Source: a virus. From it: a DNA stretch of 64,000 bases. The stretch covers positions 12,365 through 76,364 of the IMG/VR virus record IMGVR_UViG_2919015088_000005. The stretch is one strand, 5' to 3'. Positions 18,658-27,500 of the stretch are shown here, piece by piece (the stretch's first letter is position 1; every line of letters begins with the position of its first letter). The notes under the pieces were generated by a model that had not been told where the DNA came from, made no database searches, and saw nothing but the letters and a program-made list of their open reading frames with translations. The translations under genes were made by a program, and so were the position numbers.

Positions 18658-19973
18658 ATTCTCAGAGGTTCGCTGGTGGCGTTGCGCGCTTTGATTGGGT
18701 AGCGCTTGGCGATGAAGTAGCCTGCGGCATCGTTCATGTGGTCGTGACCCTTCTTAGGGTCTTTGTCAGGCTCGCCCTTGTCGGTGTATGTCTGACGCTC
18801 CAAGCACATGGTGAGCTGGGGGCATTGGTCGATGTTGACCTTCAGCCGGCGCTCGCCGTAAGTGTTCAGGAACATGGCGTTGACCGAGTTGATACGGTCC
18901 TTAACTCCAGGGTTTGTCGAGTCAACGACTACTGTGAAGCCGGCCTTGCGAAGCAATGAGAGGTCAGATTCGCTAGCGTTCTTGCTGCTGGTGTTCTGCC
19001 CGCTGGCATCCGGGTAGACCGTGATCGAGTGCCCGACAAACCGCGCCTGGATCTTCTCGATCATTTCCGGGGTATCGCGCACCTTGTGGAACTCATCAAG
19101 AGCCAGCGGCAAGCCTTCTCGCACCACGTAAACGACTGCGGCCATCTTCATGACGTTGAAGTCCATGCCGATATGAATCGCTTCGCCTGGCTCAATGCGC
19201 GACGTTGTGCGGCATTCCTCACGATTGAACGTGTAGTAGATGACGCCGGAGTAGCTTTCGAACCCTGCGTCGTATTCCTGGCGGAACGTGCGCGGGTCCA
19301 TTTTGCGCTTGGCGGCTTCCAGCTCTTCAGCCGGGACATTCCCGCCCTGCAATGAGGTGTACTGCCAGCTTTTGTGGTCAGGCTCACCGCCTGGCTGGCC
19401 GTCTTTGAACGTGTCGTAGCAGTGATTGAAGCCCTTCGGCGTACCGATACGGAGCGCGTGCCCTCCTTTACGCAGACCAATGCCAGGCACCGTGTACTGG
19501 CAGGTCGAAAGCATCGGGCGCAGCACTTCTTCCCATGCAGCGTATTTGCAGTCGGCCCATTCGTCCACCAAGGCAAAGAACAGGCCTGAACCGCGAAGGT
19601 CATCGTAGTTGTCGAGACCAACGCAGCGCATGACGTGCCCAGACTTGAGCACGATCGAGCACTCCGTCTCGTTGGGTCTCGATTCGCGCCAGGACAACGG
19701 GATCGCCTGTTTCAGACGACGCCAGAATACGCGCTTGGCTTGCTTGAACGTCGGCGCGCAGTACCAGATCTCGTCCTCGACGCTTACGCCCCACTCAGCA
19801 GCCAGACGTGCAGCGCGGCGCATCTCGGCCTTGCCCAAGAACGTCTTGCCGAACCGTCGGCCACACACCGCATCACGAAAGCGCGCCTCGGGCTGGAAGC
19901 CCCAGCAGTAAATGTTGGCCTGCTTGGGCGTCAGCTTTACCGGTGCGTCAAAGGTGCGGGGTAGTCGGGACAT
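18654..19973 (-). CDS. terL: Terminase large subunit
   Basis: Walker A CGRRFGKT, Walker B LVDE, coupling motif IGTPKG, nuclease GMDFN...DHMNDA. Confidence 0.95.
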   Translation of the reverse strand: MSRLPRTFDAPVKLTPKQANIYCWGFQPEARFRDAVCGRRFGKTFLGKAEMRRAARLAAEWGVSVEDEIWYCAPTFKQAKRVFWRRLKQAIPLSWRESRPNETECSIVLKSGHVMRCVGLDNYDDLRGSGLFFALVDEWADCKYAAWEEVLRPMLSTCQYTVPGIGLRKGGHALRIGTPKGFNHCYDTFKDGQPGGEPDHKSWQYTSLQGGNVPAEELEAAKRKMDPRTFRQEYDAGFESYSGVIYYTFNREECRTTSRIEPGEAIHIGMDFNVMKMAAVVYVVREGLPLALDEFHKVRDTPEMIEKIQARFVGHSITVYPDASGQNTSSKNASESDLSLLRKAGFTVVVDSTNPGVKDRINSVNAMFLNTYGERRLKVNIDQCPQLTMCLERQTYTDKGEPDKDPKKGHDHMNDAAGYFIAKRYPIKARNATSEPLRM

Positions 19974-20424
19974 TCTCGTCTGGCTCCAGCGTGTACTCAG
20001 CAACGGCGTGCTGCTGGTCCGCCTGGGAGCCCAGGGGTTTTTCAGGTTCAAGCCGGCGATTCACGTAGACATCGCCAACCTCTTTGGCCGCCTGCTCCAG
20101 TAGCTGGGCAGTCAGCGCCATGTTCTTCATGTTCTCGGCCTTTTCGGCCATGCGCCCAAGCGTACGGAGTCGATATGCGCGGTTGGCGATCGGGATCTCG
20201 GCTGTCTCTTCGCGGAAGCGCTTGCGGGTGTCGTTGAAAAGGGTCTGCCACTTCAAGTTCAGGTTGCGTCCGACGTACTTGGTCGGGTCATACGCTTCAC
20301 ACTGCTGGCGAGTGACATCAAGGCCAAATCTCTCTTTGACAGACGCCACCACTTGCGATGGCGTGTCAAAGCAGGCGAGAGCCTGTACTACAAAGGCTTT
20401 CACCTCGTCTCTGAGTGCGGCCAT
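19948..20424 (-). CDS. terS: Terminase small subunit (DUF2280-like)
   Basis: VQALACFDTPSQV...IPIANRAYRL; directly upstream of terL. Confidence 0.8.
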   Translation of the reverse strand: MAALRDEVKAFVVQALACFDTPSQVVASVKERFGLDVTRQQCEAYDPTKYVGRNLNLKWQTLFNDTRKRFREETAEIPIANRAYRLRTLGRMAEKAENMKNMALTAQLLEQAAKEVGDVYVNRRLEPEKPLGSQADQQHAVAEYTLEPDENVPTTPHL

Positions 20425-20454
20425 AAGTGGGCATCCGTCAAAGTTCTGTCAAAG

Positions 20455-21078
20455 TCAGGCCGACTTGAGCAGACAGGTTCCGCAGGCCCTCGCGATGTTC
20501 AATTTCCCCACCTCGGCAGGTTTGTTTGCAGCGTCTACCAGCGTCTGGACATCAGCACTTGCGCCATAACGGCGAACCACACCAACGAACTCCTCGACGT
20601 CGTGACCATGCATCTCAAGCTTGGGCAGACCTTCCTGCGTGAACTTAGGGGCGCCGTATCCATCCTTCGCCTGAGCGATGTGGTAGCACTCGTGCTCAAC
20701 CAGTGCGCAAAAGTCGATATCCGAGCACTCGGCGCAGTAGTCGGCAGCTAGCGTGATGATGAAAGCCGGCACTCGACCGAACCAATCGAACATCTGCTGC
20801 TCCATCCGTGCCTTCTGCCAGCCACCAGCCCGGAACACCACCTGCTCGGCTTGACCAAGGACGAAGCGGCCTTGTTTGCCGAAGCCCGATGATGCCCACA
20901 GGAAGCAGATGTCAGCGTCGATCAGATGAGCGTGGTCTTCGTTGTGCAGCTCCCCGTCGATGGAGAACACCTGGGCCTGGAGCCACTCAAGTACTTCTGG
21001 CGCCGGGACGAGCCTCAGGCCAAGCTCCGCGAACTCCGACAGTTCGAGGATCGACGCTGGGGGCATTGGGCGAATCAC
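20455..21078 (-). CDS. Putative phage metallopeptidase
   Basis: HExxH motif (HECYH) followed by HDVEEF. Confidence 0.8.
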   Translation of the reverse strand: MIRPMPPASILELSEFAELGLRLVPAPEVLEWLQAQVFSIDGELHNEDHAHLIDADICFLWASSGFGKQGRFVLGQAEQVVFRAGGWQKARMEQQMFDWFGRVPAFIITLAADYCAECSDIDFCALVEHECYHIAQAKDGYGAPKFTQEGLPKLEMHGHDVEEFVGVVRRYGASADVQTLVDAANKPAEVGKLNIARACGTCLLKSA

Positions 21079-21506
21079 GATTCAACCTTCACAGTGAACG
21101 TGCGGATCTTCCCGCCAGTGCCCGTATCGCGCTTGGCTGCCATCTCTACGGCCTGATAGGCGGTCGCACCCATGTCGAGGGCTGTGTATGCGTGATCTCG
21201 ACCACTACCGATGGCATAGGCCTTGTCAGGAAGCACTGGGCTCTCCACGATCTTGCCGTCTTCATAGCTGATCAGGCTTAACTCGCCGCTCTTGCACACA
21301 ATGGCAAAGGCACCGCAATCACCGGCTATCTCTTCTCCGCTGTAGGCCTTTATCAGATCATTGATATCTGACGTGCCACCCGCGCCGAAGAAGAACACAC
21401 CGTCACGCTCGCGCATCTTCTCGTAATCGTCGTAGACGATGGTTCCGCCGGCGGTGCAGCGGCCGTCATACGCGATGATTCCGCCCTTGTAGGCGATGGT
21501 GGTCAT
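21075..21506 (-). CDS. HslV/proteasome-beta-like Ntn hydrolase
   Basis: N-terminal M-TTIAY (catalytic Thr position), AIGSG motif, RDTGTGG. Confidence 0.7.
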   Translation of the reverse strand: MTTIAYKGGIIAYDGRCTAGGTIVYDDYEKMRERDGVFFFGAGGTSDINDLIKAYSGEEIAGDCGAFAIVCKSGELSLISYEDGKIVESPVLPDKAYAIGSGRDHAYTALDMGATAYQAVEMAAKRDTGTGGKIRTFTVKVES

Positions 21507-21682
21507 AGCGTGCCCTCTTCGCCCGAATCGATCTCGCGGTACCTCGTGGCCTTGCGCGCCTGGGCCTCAAGCTTGTCGGTGTCGACATCGAGGCCTGCCA
21601 GGTAAGCAAAGGTGTTCACCGCTACCACGTAGAGGCGGAACCACCAGGGGTGATAGGCCAGCAATGTGATCTGTCTGGCCAT
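21503..21682 (-). CDS. Hypothetical protein, 59 aa
   Basis: MARQITLLAYHPWWFRLY...; ATGA-coupled to the next gene. Confidence 0.5.
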   Translation of the reverse strand: MARQITLLAYHPWWFRLYVVAVNTFAYLAGLDVDTDKLEAQARKATRYREIDSGEEGTL

Positions 21683-21690
21683 GATGCCAC

Positions 21691-21957
21691 CTACCCTTGA
21701 TCTGGAACCTTGCAGATATGCCCGCGCCTGGCGATCGCATACAGCACAACGGCCACATGCATCGTCATCATGAACGGGTTAACCGGGTGGCCCTTGATGT
21801 TGAAGATGAAACTGCCGAATGCTGCAATGGCCACGAGGTAGAACGACGCACTCAGCGCAGGCTCATCCATCGGGCGCACTCGGCGAAGGTATTCAGCAGC
21901 AGCAATCACCACCAGCACGCACAGAAACGCATCGACGACTTGTAGGATGGTATGCAT
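21691..21957 (-). CDS. Holin-associated membrane protein
   Basis: 88 aa, three hydrophobic segments. Confidence 0.6.
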   Translation of the reverse strand: MHTILQVVDAFLCVLVVIAAAEYLRRVRPMDEPALSASFYLVAIAAFGSFIFNIKGHPVNPFMMTMHVAVVLYAIARRGHICKVPDQG

Positions 21958-22274
21958 TACGCACCTCCCGAGACGCCAAACACTCCCGGCATTGCTTTCT
22001 TCAACAGGGGAATGATGTTCATGGCCAGGAGGCCAATCAGGAACGCGACGCCGTATTGAGTTTCACCGCCAGGCTCAAGCTTGAAGAAGCTGATCGCCAA
22101 TGGGGTGCAGAAGATCGCCGAAAGGAACCCAGTGAAGAAGGCCCAAAACGCCTGCTTACGGGTCAAGCCCTGCAAGAAGGTAAGCGAAAGGATTGCTCCA
22201 GCGAAGCCAGCAATGATAATGCCGTACTTCGCGAGCAGAACGCCGGCGGCAGTGGTGCTCGCTGGTTCGGCCAT
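21957..22274 (-). CDS. Holin
   Basis: Three transmembrane segments; first protein gene of the late operon. Confidence 0.7.
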   Translation of the reverse strand: MAEPASTTAAGVLLAKYGIIIAGFAGAILSLTFLQGLTRKQAFWAFFTGFLSAIFCTPLAISFFKLEPGGETQYGVAFLIGLLAMNIIPLLKKAMPGVFGVSGGA

Positions 22275-22429
22275 GGCGTGACTCCGGGAATAAAAAAGGG
22301 TGGTGTGAGCACCCAAACGCTGGGGAGCAGCGGCGAATAGAACAGCCCCAGCAGCACTCCCGGCTTAGCGCAACGGGTGTGGAGGGGCTGAAAACGAAAA
22401 ATCCCCGCACGATGGCGAGGATTTGGAAT

Positions 22430-22514
22430 TGGTGCCGCCCGATGGAATCGAACCACTTAGCGCTAGGCGCAGGATTTACAGTCCCGTGTGCGTCCCAGCG
22501 CACATTCAGTCGGC
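22430..22514 (-). tRNA. tRNA-Tyr(GTA)-like, imperfect acceptor and T stems
   Basis: CGGGA-CTGTAAA-TCCTG anticodon arm, long variable arm, GGTTCGATT, encoded CCA. Confidence 0.75.
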
Positions 22515-22518
22515 GTTG

Positions 22519-22604
22519 TGGCAGCAGGTGAAGGAATCGAACCCTTACCGTTTCCAGTAGCACGGTTTTCAAGACCGCTTGCCGTCCGTACGGCGCCACC
22601 TGCT
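22519..22604 (-). tRNA. tRNA-Ser(TGA)
   Basis: Perfect AGCAGGT/ACCTGCT acceptor stem, GCGGT-CTTGAAA-ACCGT anticodon arm, long variable arm, G73-CCA. Confidence 0.85.
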
Positions 22605-22611
22605 TTGAAGC

Positions 22612-22684
22612 TGGAGCGAATGCCAGGAGTCGAACCCAGATATTCCGGAGTGACCCGGCTGCCCTACCGTTAGGCTACAAACGC
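22612..22684 (-). tRNA. Degenerate tRNA-like gene (Gly-type U73 end, 6-nt anticodon loop; anticodon not assignable)
   Basis: D arm TAGCCTAACGGTAGGGCA, T arm GGTTCGACTCC, TCCA end; two T-T mismatches in the acceptor stem. Confidence 0.55.
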
Positions 22685-22690
22685 ATGACT

Positions 22691-22760
22691 TGGAGCGGAT
22701 ACAGGGAATCGAACCCTGATCGTAAGCTTGGAGGGCTGACTAGCGACCTGCGCTACCCGC
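22691..22760 (-). tRNA. tRNA-Gly(TCC)-like with shortened D arm
   Basis: GCGGGTA/TATCCGC acceptor stem, loop CCTCCAA, CAGGG-TTCGATT-CCCTG, TCCA end. Confidence 0.7.
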
Positions 22761-22765
22761 AAAGC

Positions 22766-22793
22766 AAAAAGCCCGACACAGTGGCCGGGCTTT
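22766..22793 (-). terminator. Terminator at the head of the late operon (tR'-like)
   Basis: AAGCCCG-loop-CGGGCTT stem followed by a T-run on the minus strand, just upstream of the tRNA cluster. Confidence 0.55.
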
Positions 22794-22878
22794 CTTCCTG
22801 CGCTACATACAAACGTACATAACCCAAGATGACGCAATATTCGGACACGCGGACATTTAATGCAAGCAGTTTTTGCGC

Positions 22879-23217
22879 TTATTCTGCAAAGAAATCCGGA
22901 TGCGTCTGCTTCCTGAGACTTTCGCATGCAGAAAAAACCTCTGCATCTGGCATGGAAGGGTCAGTAAATACCACGAACGAGCGACCGTCTGGATACCTTC
23001 CCTCGCGCAACTGGTAGAGACACACAAAGGGATTTGCCACTGGGTCTTCAGGTTGAGGCATGTAGGTAGGCGCTGGGTTTTGCATGACGTATATGGATTT
23101 GCGCCCATCGAAATAGGATTCGTTGACCTTCTGTCCAGCGCACGGTCCGCCCACCAGAGTCGTGATGATACTTGGCAGGATCTGGCGCCAACTCAACTCG
23201 CTGACTTTGACTTTCAT
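22879..23217 (-). CDS. Hypothetical protein
   Basis: 112 aa; ATGA-coupled chain downstream of the Q-like gene. Confidence 0.6.
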   Translation of the reverse strand: MKVKVSELSWRQILPSIITTLVGGPCAGQKVNESYFDGRKSIYVMQNPAPTYMPQPEDPVANPFVCLYQLREGRYPDGRSFVVFTDPSMPDAEVFSACESLRKQTHPDFFAE

Positions 23218-23519
23218 GATTTAGCCCCTGGGCATAGCGCGACCTGAATATCCCAAGGAATCACCACCTCACTTTCGCCAAATCGACGCCCTGCCACTTT
23301 TAACCGCTGCGTTTTTGACATTGAGAGAAGCGCCCTTCCAATCTCCGCCCCCTCTGCGTCACCTTTTTCCATGGCGTAGTCAATGCAGAACTGAACATCA
23401 CTATTCCTGATGTTTTGGTCCTCAAGGACGATATGTAGGCTTCCGCCAGCAGGATTTTTAGCAGTGTAGGACTGAACCCTTGGCAGCAGATCAGGAACGC
23501 TAAGGCGCGAAGTGCTCAT
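23214..23519 (-). CDS. Hypothetical phage protein
   Basis: 101 aa; GGSLHIVLEDQN; ATGA overlap. Confidence 0.65.
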   Translation of the reverse strand: MSTSRLSVPDLLPRVQSYTAKNPAGGSLHIVLEDQNIRNSDVQFCIDYAMEKGDAEGAEIGRALLSMSKTQRLKVAGRRFGESEVVIPWDIQVALCPGAKS

Positions 23520-23974
23520 GGCATCGCTCTCCCGATCTCAGCAGCGATGCGGACGATCAAGTCCTTCGCCGGCGCGATACCCATCATGTGCTCCAGTATC
23601 TCGACAGGTGTCGGCCTTCTCGCTGCTATCATCTCGTTCGCCTGATGCGCAAGGATTTCGTCAGCTCGATGTAGTGTCATCTGCGTAGCTTTCAGCATCG
23701 CAGGGGCATTCAGCATCGCAGAGAAAGGCTGCATATCGATCACAGAACAAGCCTCCCCCCACGCCGCTTCAATTCGGTCAAGCACCGCATCACGGTCTTC
23801 GACGGGCGCCATGTCAAAAATATGTTGAGCCCAATCCGAGTTGATGACCAAGGCGTTTTGGTCGCCAAACCCAAAGCGCAATGATTTGGGAAGGCAGCTG
23901 CTGACGATTGCCCTTGCGGTCAACCATTGCGGAAACATCTGCTCTATCGGCGTGAATTCTTCTAATGTGCTCAT
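23516..23974 (-). CDS. Hypothetical protein
   Basis: 152 aa; ATGA overlap with the Q-like gene. Confidence 0.6.
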   Translation of the reverse strand: MSTLEEFTPIEQMFPQWLTARAIVSSCLPKSLRFGFGDQNALVINSDWAQHIFDMAPVEDRDAVLDRIEAAWGEACSVIDMQPFSAMLNAPAMLKATQMTLHRADEILAHQANEMIAARRPTPVEILEHMMGIAPAKDLIVRIAAEIGRAMP

Positions 23975-24636
23975 GCTGCCTGCTCCCCAAGTACGCCTGC
24001 TTCCTCAAGAATCAATTGTGCTTCCACCAGAGCGGTATCCACAAGGCTTTCTAGGGCTTTATGGATGGAGTGACGCCAGCGGCGGTATGTGCGATCGTCG
24101 AGGCCTTGAGCGTCCCAAGTGGTCATGTCGTAGTTGGAATCGGCCAGAATGATCGGGCCATCCTGCTTCGACGTGTTCCGCTTGGCCGCCGATGCGTTTG
24201 CGCGCTCGACTGCGGCCTTTGCTGCCGCTACCCGCCACGCTGGTGCGTCCTTGTCGAACTCGACCGCCTTGGCCTTCACAGGCTCTTTGCGCACGCCCTT
24301 GATCTGAGGGATCGCCCAGGCCGTAACTGCCTTGCGGGTGAACAACTGCGGCGCCGGACTGGTCACGATCGCCACCAGTCGGCCGGTCGCCTCGATCTTG
24401 CGCCCGTTGTGCGTGCTGAACTTGGCAGTAAGGGCGAACCAGTGGCGCTGGCTCAGCACTTGGTGGAGCAGCTTGTGCACGATGCAGTCCTGGAGCAGCG
24501 ACCACTCCTTGCCGCTGATCTCCCCTTTCTGCTTGGCGCACTGGACCTTGGGGTCAAAATCACACCCGCCGGCCGAGTTGATCGTCTCGGCAGCCAGGGC
24601 GCGGACAACAGCGGATATCACGTTGCGATAGATCAT
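23971..24636 (-). CDS. Probable late antiterminator (Q-like)
   Basis: Position after ninG; C-terminal HTH-like DRTYRRWRHSIHKALE. Confidence 0.55.
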   Translation of the reverse strand: MIYRNVISAVVRALAAETINSAGGCDFDPKVQCAKQKGEISGKEWSLLQDCIVHKLLHQVLSQRHWFALTAKFSTHNGRKIEATGRLVAIVTSPAPQLFTRKAVTAWAIPQIKGVRKEPVKAKAVEFDKDAPAWRVAAAKAAVERANASAAKRNTSKQDGPIILADSNYDMTTWDAQGLDDRTYRRWRHSIHKALESLVDTALVEAQLILEEAGVLGEQAA

Positions 24637-24953
24637 GCTGTCACCTCCGGCTTGCGGAATGCGAGAGTCAGGATGAAGAAGGTGCCCATGAAGCTTGCAG
24701 CCGCCAAAATCGTGTGGCCCGTCGAGATCATTGCGTAAAGGCTGAATGCCGAGCTTGGCGCGCTGATCCAAAGCCGTGATCGGATCTCGGCAGCCGCCTC
24801 ATCCTTAACCGCGCCACAGAACAAACATAGCCACGCGATTCCGGTCATTCCGCACATCACATAAAACGCAAACTGTTGGAGAGACTCACTGCCAAGAAGC
24901 AGGCTGCAGCTCAATGAGACACTGATAACCGTTCCGATAACTTTCTTGATCAT
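24633..24953 (-). CDS. Membrane protein
   Basis: 106 aa, several hydrophobic segments; coupled to ninG. Confidence 0.6.
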   Translation of the reverse strand: MIKKVIGTVISVSLSCSLLLGSESLQQFAFYVMCGMTGIAWLCLFCGAVKDEAAAEIRSRLWISAPSSAFSLYAMISTGHTILAAASFMGTFFILTLAFRKPEVTA

Positions 24954-25552
24954 GCTGCAGCCCTCTTCAGTTCTCTGGTCATTGCCCGGTACTTGGCCTT
25001 GATGGCCTTGATGTCATCCACTGTGTACTTGCAAGGCGGGTGTAGGCCTTCCAGCCACGCCACCTTCTCGGCGCCAATGCGCTGGACCAGGCGAATGCGG
25101 TATTCCACGGCATTGCCGGATAGGTTGCGATTGCACTTCACACACTGCCGGTGGATGTTCAGCGGTTCGAAGCGGAGCTCTGGGCAAGCACCCACCGATC
25201 GGTAGTGCCCGGCGTCCCACCGGCTGCCGGTCATTAGGTCGTTGTCGTTCGGCGTCGAGTCGCAGCTGATGCACGGCAGGTGAGCGTCACGCAGGCGCAC
25301 GTACTCGTTCACTGCGGCTTGGGCTTCGCGCAGGTGGTCGGCCCTCGTCTTCAGCCTCTCCTTGCGGACCTTGATGTCCTTGCGCTCGATATCGGCCAGG
25401 GCCTTGCGCGCCTTCCGCTCATGCCTGGGCGCGTCGATCAGTGCGCAGGCCGGGCCGCACACCGCCTGGCCCATTCGCGAAGGGACGAATGAGGCCCTGC
25501 ACGTAGCAACGCGGCATTTCTTCGGCTTGGCCGGCTTCCGTTCGATGGTCAT
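24950..25552 (-). CDS. ninG: NinG/Rap-family endonuclease
   Basis: CISC...WDAGHYRSVG...NIHRQCVKCN. Confidence 0.85.
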   Translation of the reverse strand: MTIERKPAKPKKCRVATCRASFVPSRMGQAVCGPACALIDAPRHERKARKALADIERKDIKVRKERLKTRADHLREAQAAVNEYVRLRDAHLPCISCDSTPNDNDLMTGSRWDAGHYRSVGACPELRFEPLNIHRQCVKCNRNLSGNAVEYRIRLVQRIGAEKVAWLEGLHPPCKYTVDDIKAIKAKYRAMTRELKRAAA

Positions 25553-25851
25553 ACAACCTCCTTGGCTTTCTGCTGCTCGGGCGCAAAATCGCCACGCAGG
25601 GGTATCAATCGAAACTCGCCACAGAACCCGTCGCTCACCGGTCCGCGTGCAATAGAGTGGAACGTCTGGCCAGACGAAAGCTTGACCCACCAAATTCGGT
25701 GTTGCTCCGGGTTGAATAGCTCTCCCCCGGCATACTCCATATGAATTTCACTTCCGACATAGGAGACCAGCTCGACCACGCTACCGATAAGGTGTTCCGC
25801 TACTGAACTCTTGAGGATCGCCAGGTCTCCCGGCTTGAAGTTATGGCTCAT
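25549..25851 (-). CDS. Hypothetical nin-region protein
   Basis: 100 aa; overlap-coupled to neighbours. Confidence 0.6.
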   Translation of the reverse strand: MSHNFKPGDLAILKSSVAEHLIGSVVELVSYVGSEIHMEYAGGELFNPEQHRIWWVKLSSGQTFHSIARGPVSDGFCGEFRLIPLRGDFAPEQQKAKEVV

Positions 25852-26318
25852 GCGGCCTCCTGGCTAAGCAGGTCAGAGAAGTACACGCCCTGCGGTGCAA
25901 AGCGGGCGACGATGCGGTCGGTGTAGGCGATGCCCTGGGCGCGATTGAACAGGCTGGTCACCGGGAAGCCGTCAGGCCCGAACAGATGGCACTCGCCCAT
26001 CATGTCCAGCTTCGTTTCGTACGGGAGGTGACGCATCACCCGGTACCACTCAGCCTGGAACCCGGAATCCTCGTTCAGCAGGATCTGAACACCGATGTGC
26101 AGCTTGCAGTACTTGCGCGCCTCGGCTGGGTCGCCCAACTGCGTCATCTCGGCGATGCGCTTGTACATGGCGAACCAGAGGCGGTTCTGGTCCAGGGTGC
26201 GGTCCTTGCCCGGGCGAAGACTCACCACCACGAAGTGCTTGTCCTCGAACATCTTGGACATGCGGGTGATGGCCTCGGTGAGCATGGAGCGGCAGTTGAC
26301 GCTGATCTTGTCGGTCAT
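25848..26318 (-). CDS. ninB: NinB-like protein
   Basis: KDRTLDQNRLWFAM motif. Confidence 0.7.
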   Translation of the reverse strand: MTDKISVNCRSMLTEAITRMSKMFEDKHFVVVSLRPGKDRTLDQNRLWFAMYKRIAEMTQLGDPAEARKYCKLHIGVQILLNEDSGFQAEWYRVMRHLPYETKLDMMGECHLFGPDGFPVTSLFNRAQGIAYTDRIVARFAPQGVYFSDLLSQEAA

Positions 26319-26515
26319 GGCTTCACCCGAAAGAATTCAATTTCGAATGGGCCGACGTAAACCCGGACGGCCGGCTTGGAGTCCAGCTTCGTGAAATAGA
26401 AGTGCCAGTTGCGCGGGCGGAACCCGAAGAGCAGCCAGCCGCTCTTGAACCCGAAGCTGACCATGTAGCCGTTGCCACGGTAGTTGTCAGTGAATCTGCC
26501 GTAATTGGTCTTCAT
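26315..26515 (-). CDS. Hypothetical protein
   Basis: 66 aa; coupled. Confidence 0.5.
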   Translation of the reverse strand: MKTNYGRFTDNYRGNGYMVSFGFKSGWLLFGFRPRNWHFYFTKLDSKPAVRVYVGPFEIEFFRVKP

Positions 26516-26790
26516 GACTGCCCTCCCTTGCCCATGGCGGCGAGGATGTCGTGTAGATACCCTGTCGCCACACTTGGCTGATTGCCTGCGGAATCACACA
26601 GCTTCTGCACGAAATCGGTAGCGCTCTGCAGGCGCTCAGCATCCTTGCGCAGCGTCTCGTTCTCGGCCTTGAGCTGGTCGCGCTCGGCCAGCAGTGCCTG
26701 GGCTATGGAATGGAACTGACGGCGGGACAACTCGCTTTCCATTGCCATCTCGAAAGGCATTCCGATTGCACCTCTGGTGATTTCGCTCAT
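26512..26790 (-). CDS. Hypothetical coiled-coil protein
   Basis: 92 aa; coupled. Confidence 0.55.
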   Translation of the reverse strand: MSEITRGAIGMPFEMAMESELSRRQFHSIAQALLAERDQLKAENETLRKDAERLQSATDFVQKLCDSAGNQPSVATGYLHDILAAMGKGGQS

Positions 26791-27500
26791 GTCCGTTGCT
26801 CCGTGGTCTTCTTGCCGAACTTGGCCAGCAGCAGTGCACGGGCTGACTTGCCGTCGGCCGGGATGCCTTGCTGAAGGATTCGCGCCTGGTTCTGCTGGTC
26901 GGCCAGTTCGTTTGCCAAGTCGAATTCGGTCTTCTGGCTGTCGTGGCCGATGCCGGCGGCGATCCGACCGTCGAGTGACTGCCCGGCCTGGGCGCGGCGA
27001 AGGATGATTTCGTAGTTGCGGTCAAACCTGGCGCGCAGCCCCTTGTCCTCCTGGCGGGCACCGCGAAGGTCGAACAGACCGGTAGCCTCGGCGGCCAACT
27101 TCACTGCTTCGTGGCTGTACGTGGTCATCAGCGCTTCGATCCAGGCGTCACCAGCGGCAGGCATGCCGAAGTCCTCAGGCCCTGGTGCGCACATGGCTAT
27201 GAACTCACCGACGCTCGGCGCGAAAGGCTTCTTTAGCTTCCGGCACTTCTGGATACCGAACTCGATCTGCTCCAGGGTGCGGATACCCTCGTCGGCGAAC
27301 TCCTTGATCCATTCGGCCTTGGCGGCGTCGAGCGCTTCGGTGGATGGCCACGCCTGACGCCACGCTGGGAAGATCCCGCGAAGGCGACGGAACAGGTCGT
27401 TCACCACTTCGGCCGTCTGCGGCGTCACCTGGAGCGGCTGGCGAGGCTCCACGGCAGGCAGGTTGCCCATGGTCGCCATCAGTTGGTTGGCTGGCTTCAT
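26787..27500 (-). CDS. Replication protein P-like helicase loader
   Basis: FPAWRQAWP...EWIKEF...PFAPSVGEFIAMC; follows the initiator gene. Confidence 0.8.
   Translation of the reverse strand: MKPANQLMATMGNLPAVEPRQPLQVTPQTAEVVNDLFRRLRGIFPAWRQAWPSTEALDAAKAEWIKEFADEGIRTLEQIEFGIQKCRKLKKPFAPSVGEFIAMCAPGPEDFGMPAAGDAWIEALMTTYSHEAVKLAAEATGLFDLRGARQEDKGLRARFDRNYEIILRRAQAGQSLDGRIAAGIGHDSQKTEFDLANELADQQNQARILQQGIPADGKSARALLLAKFGKKTTEQRT

Noticed and set aside
22800-22870. Exact late promoter pR' (TTGCAT...AATATT, GGACA repeats)
   Set aside because: The position fits, but spacing and -10 match are too ambiguous to call.
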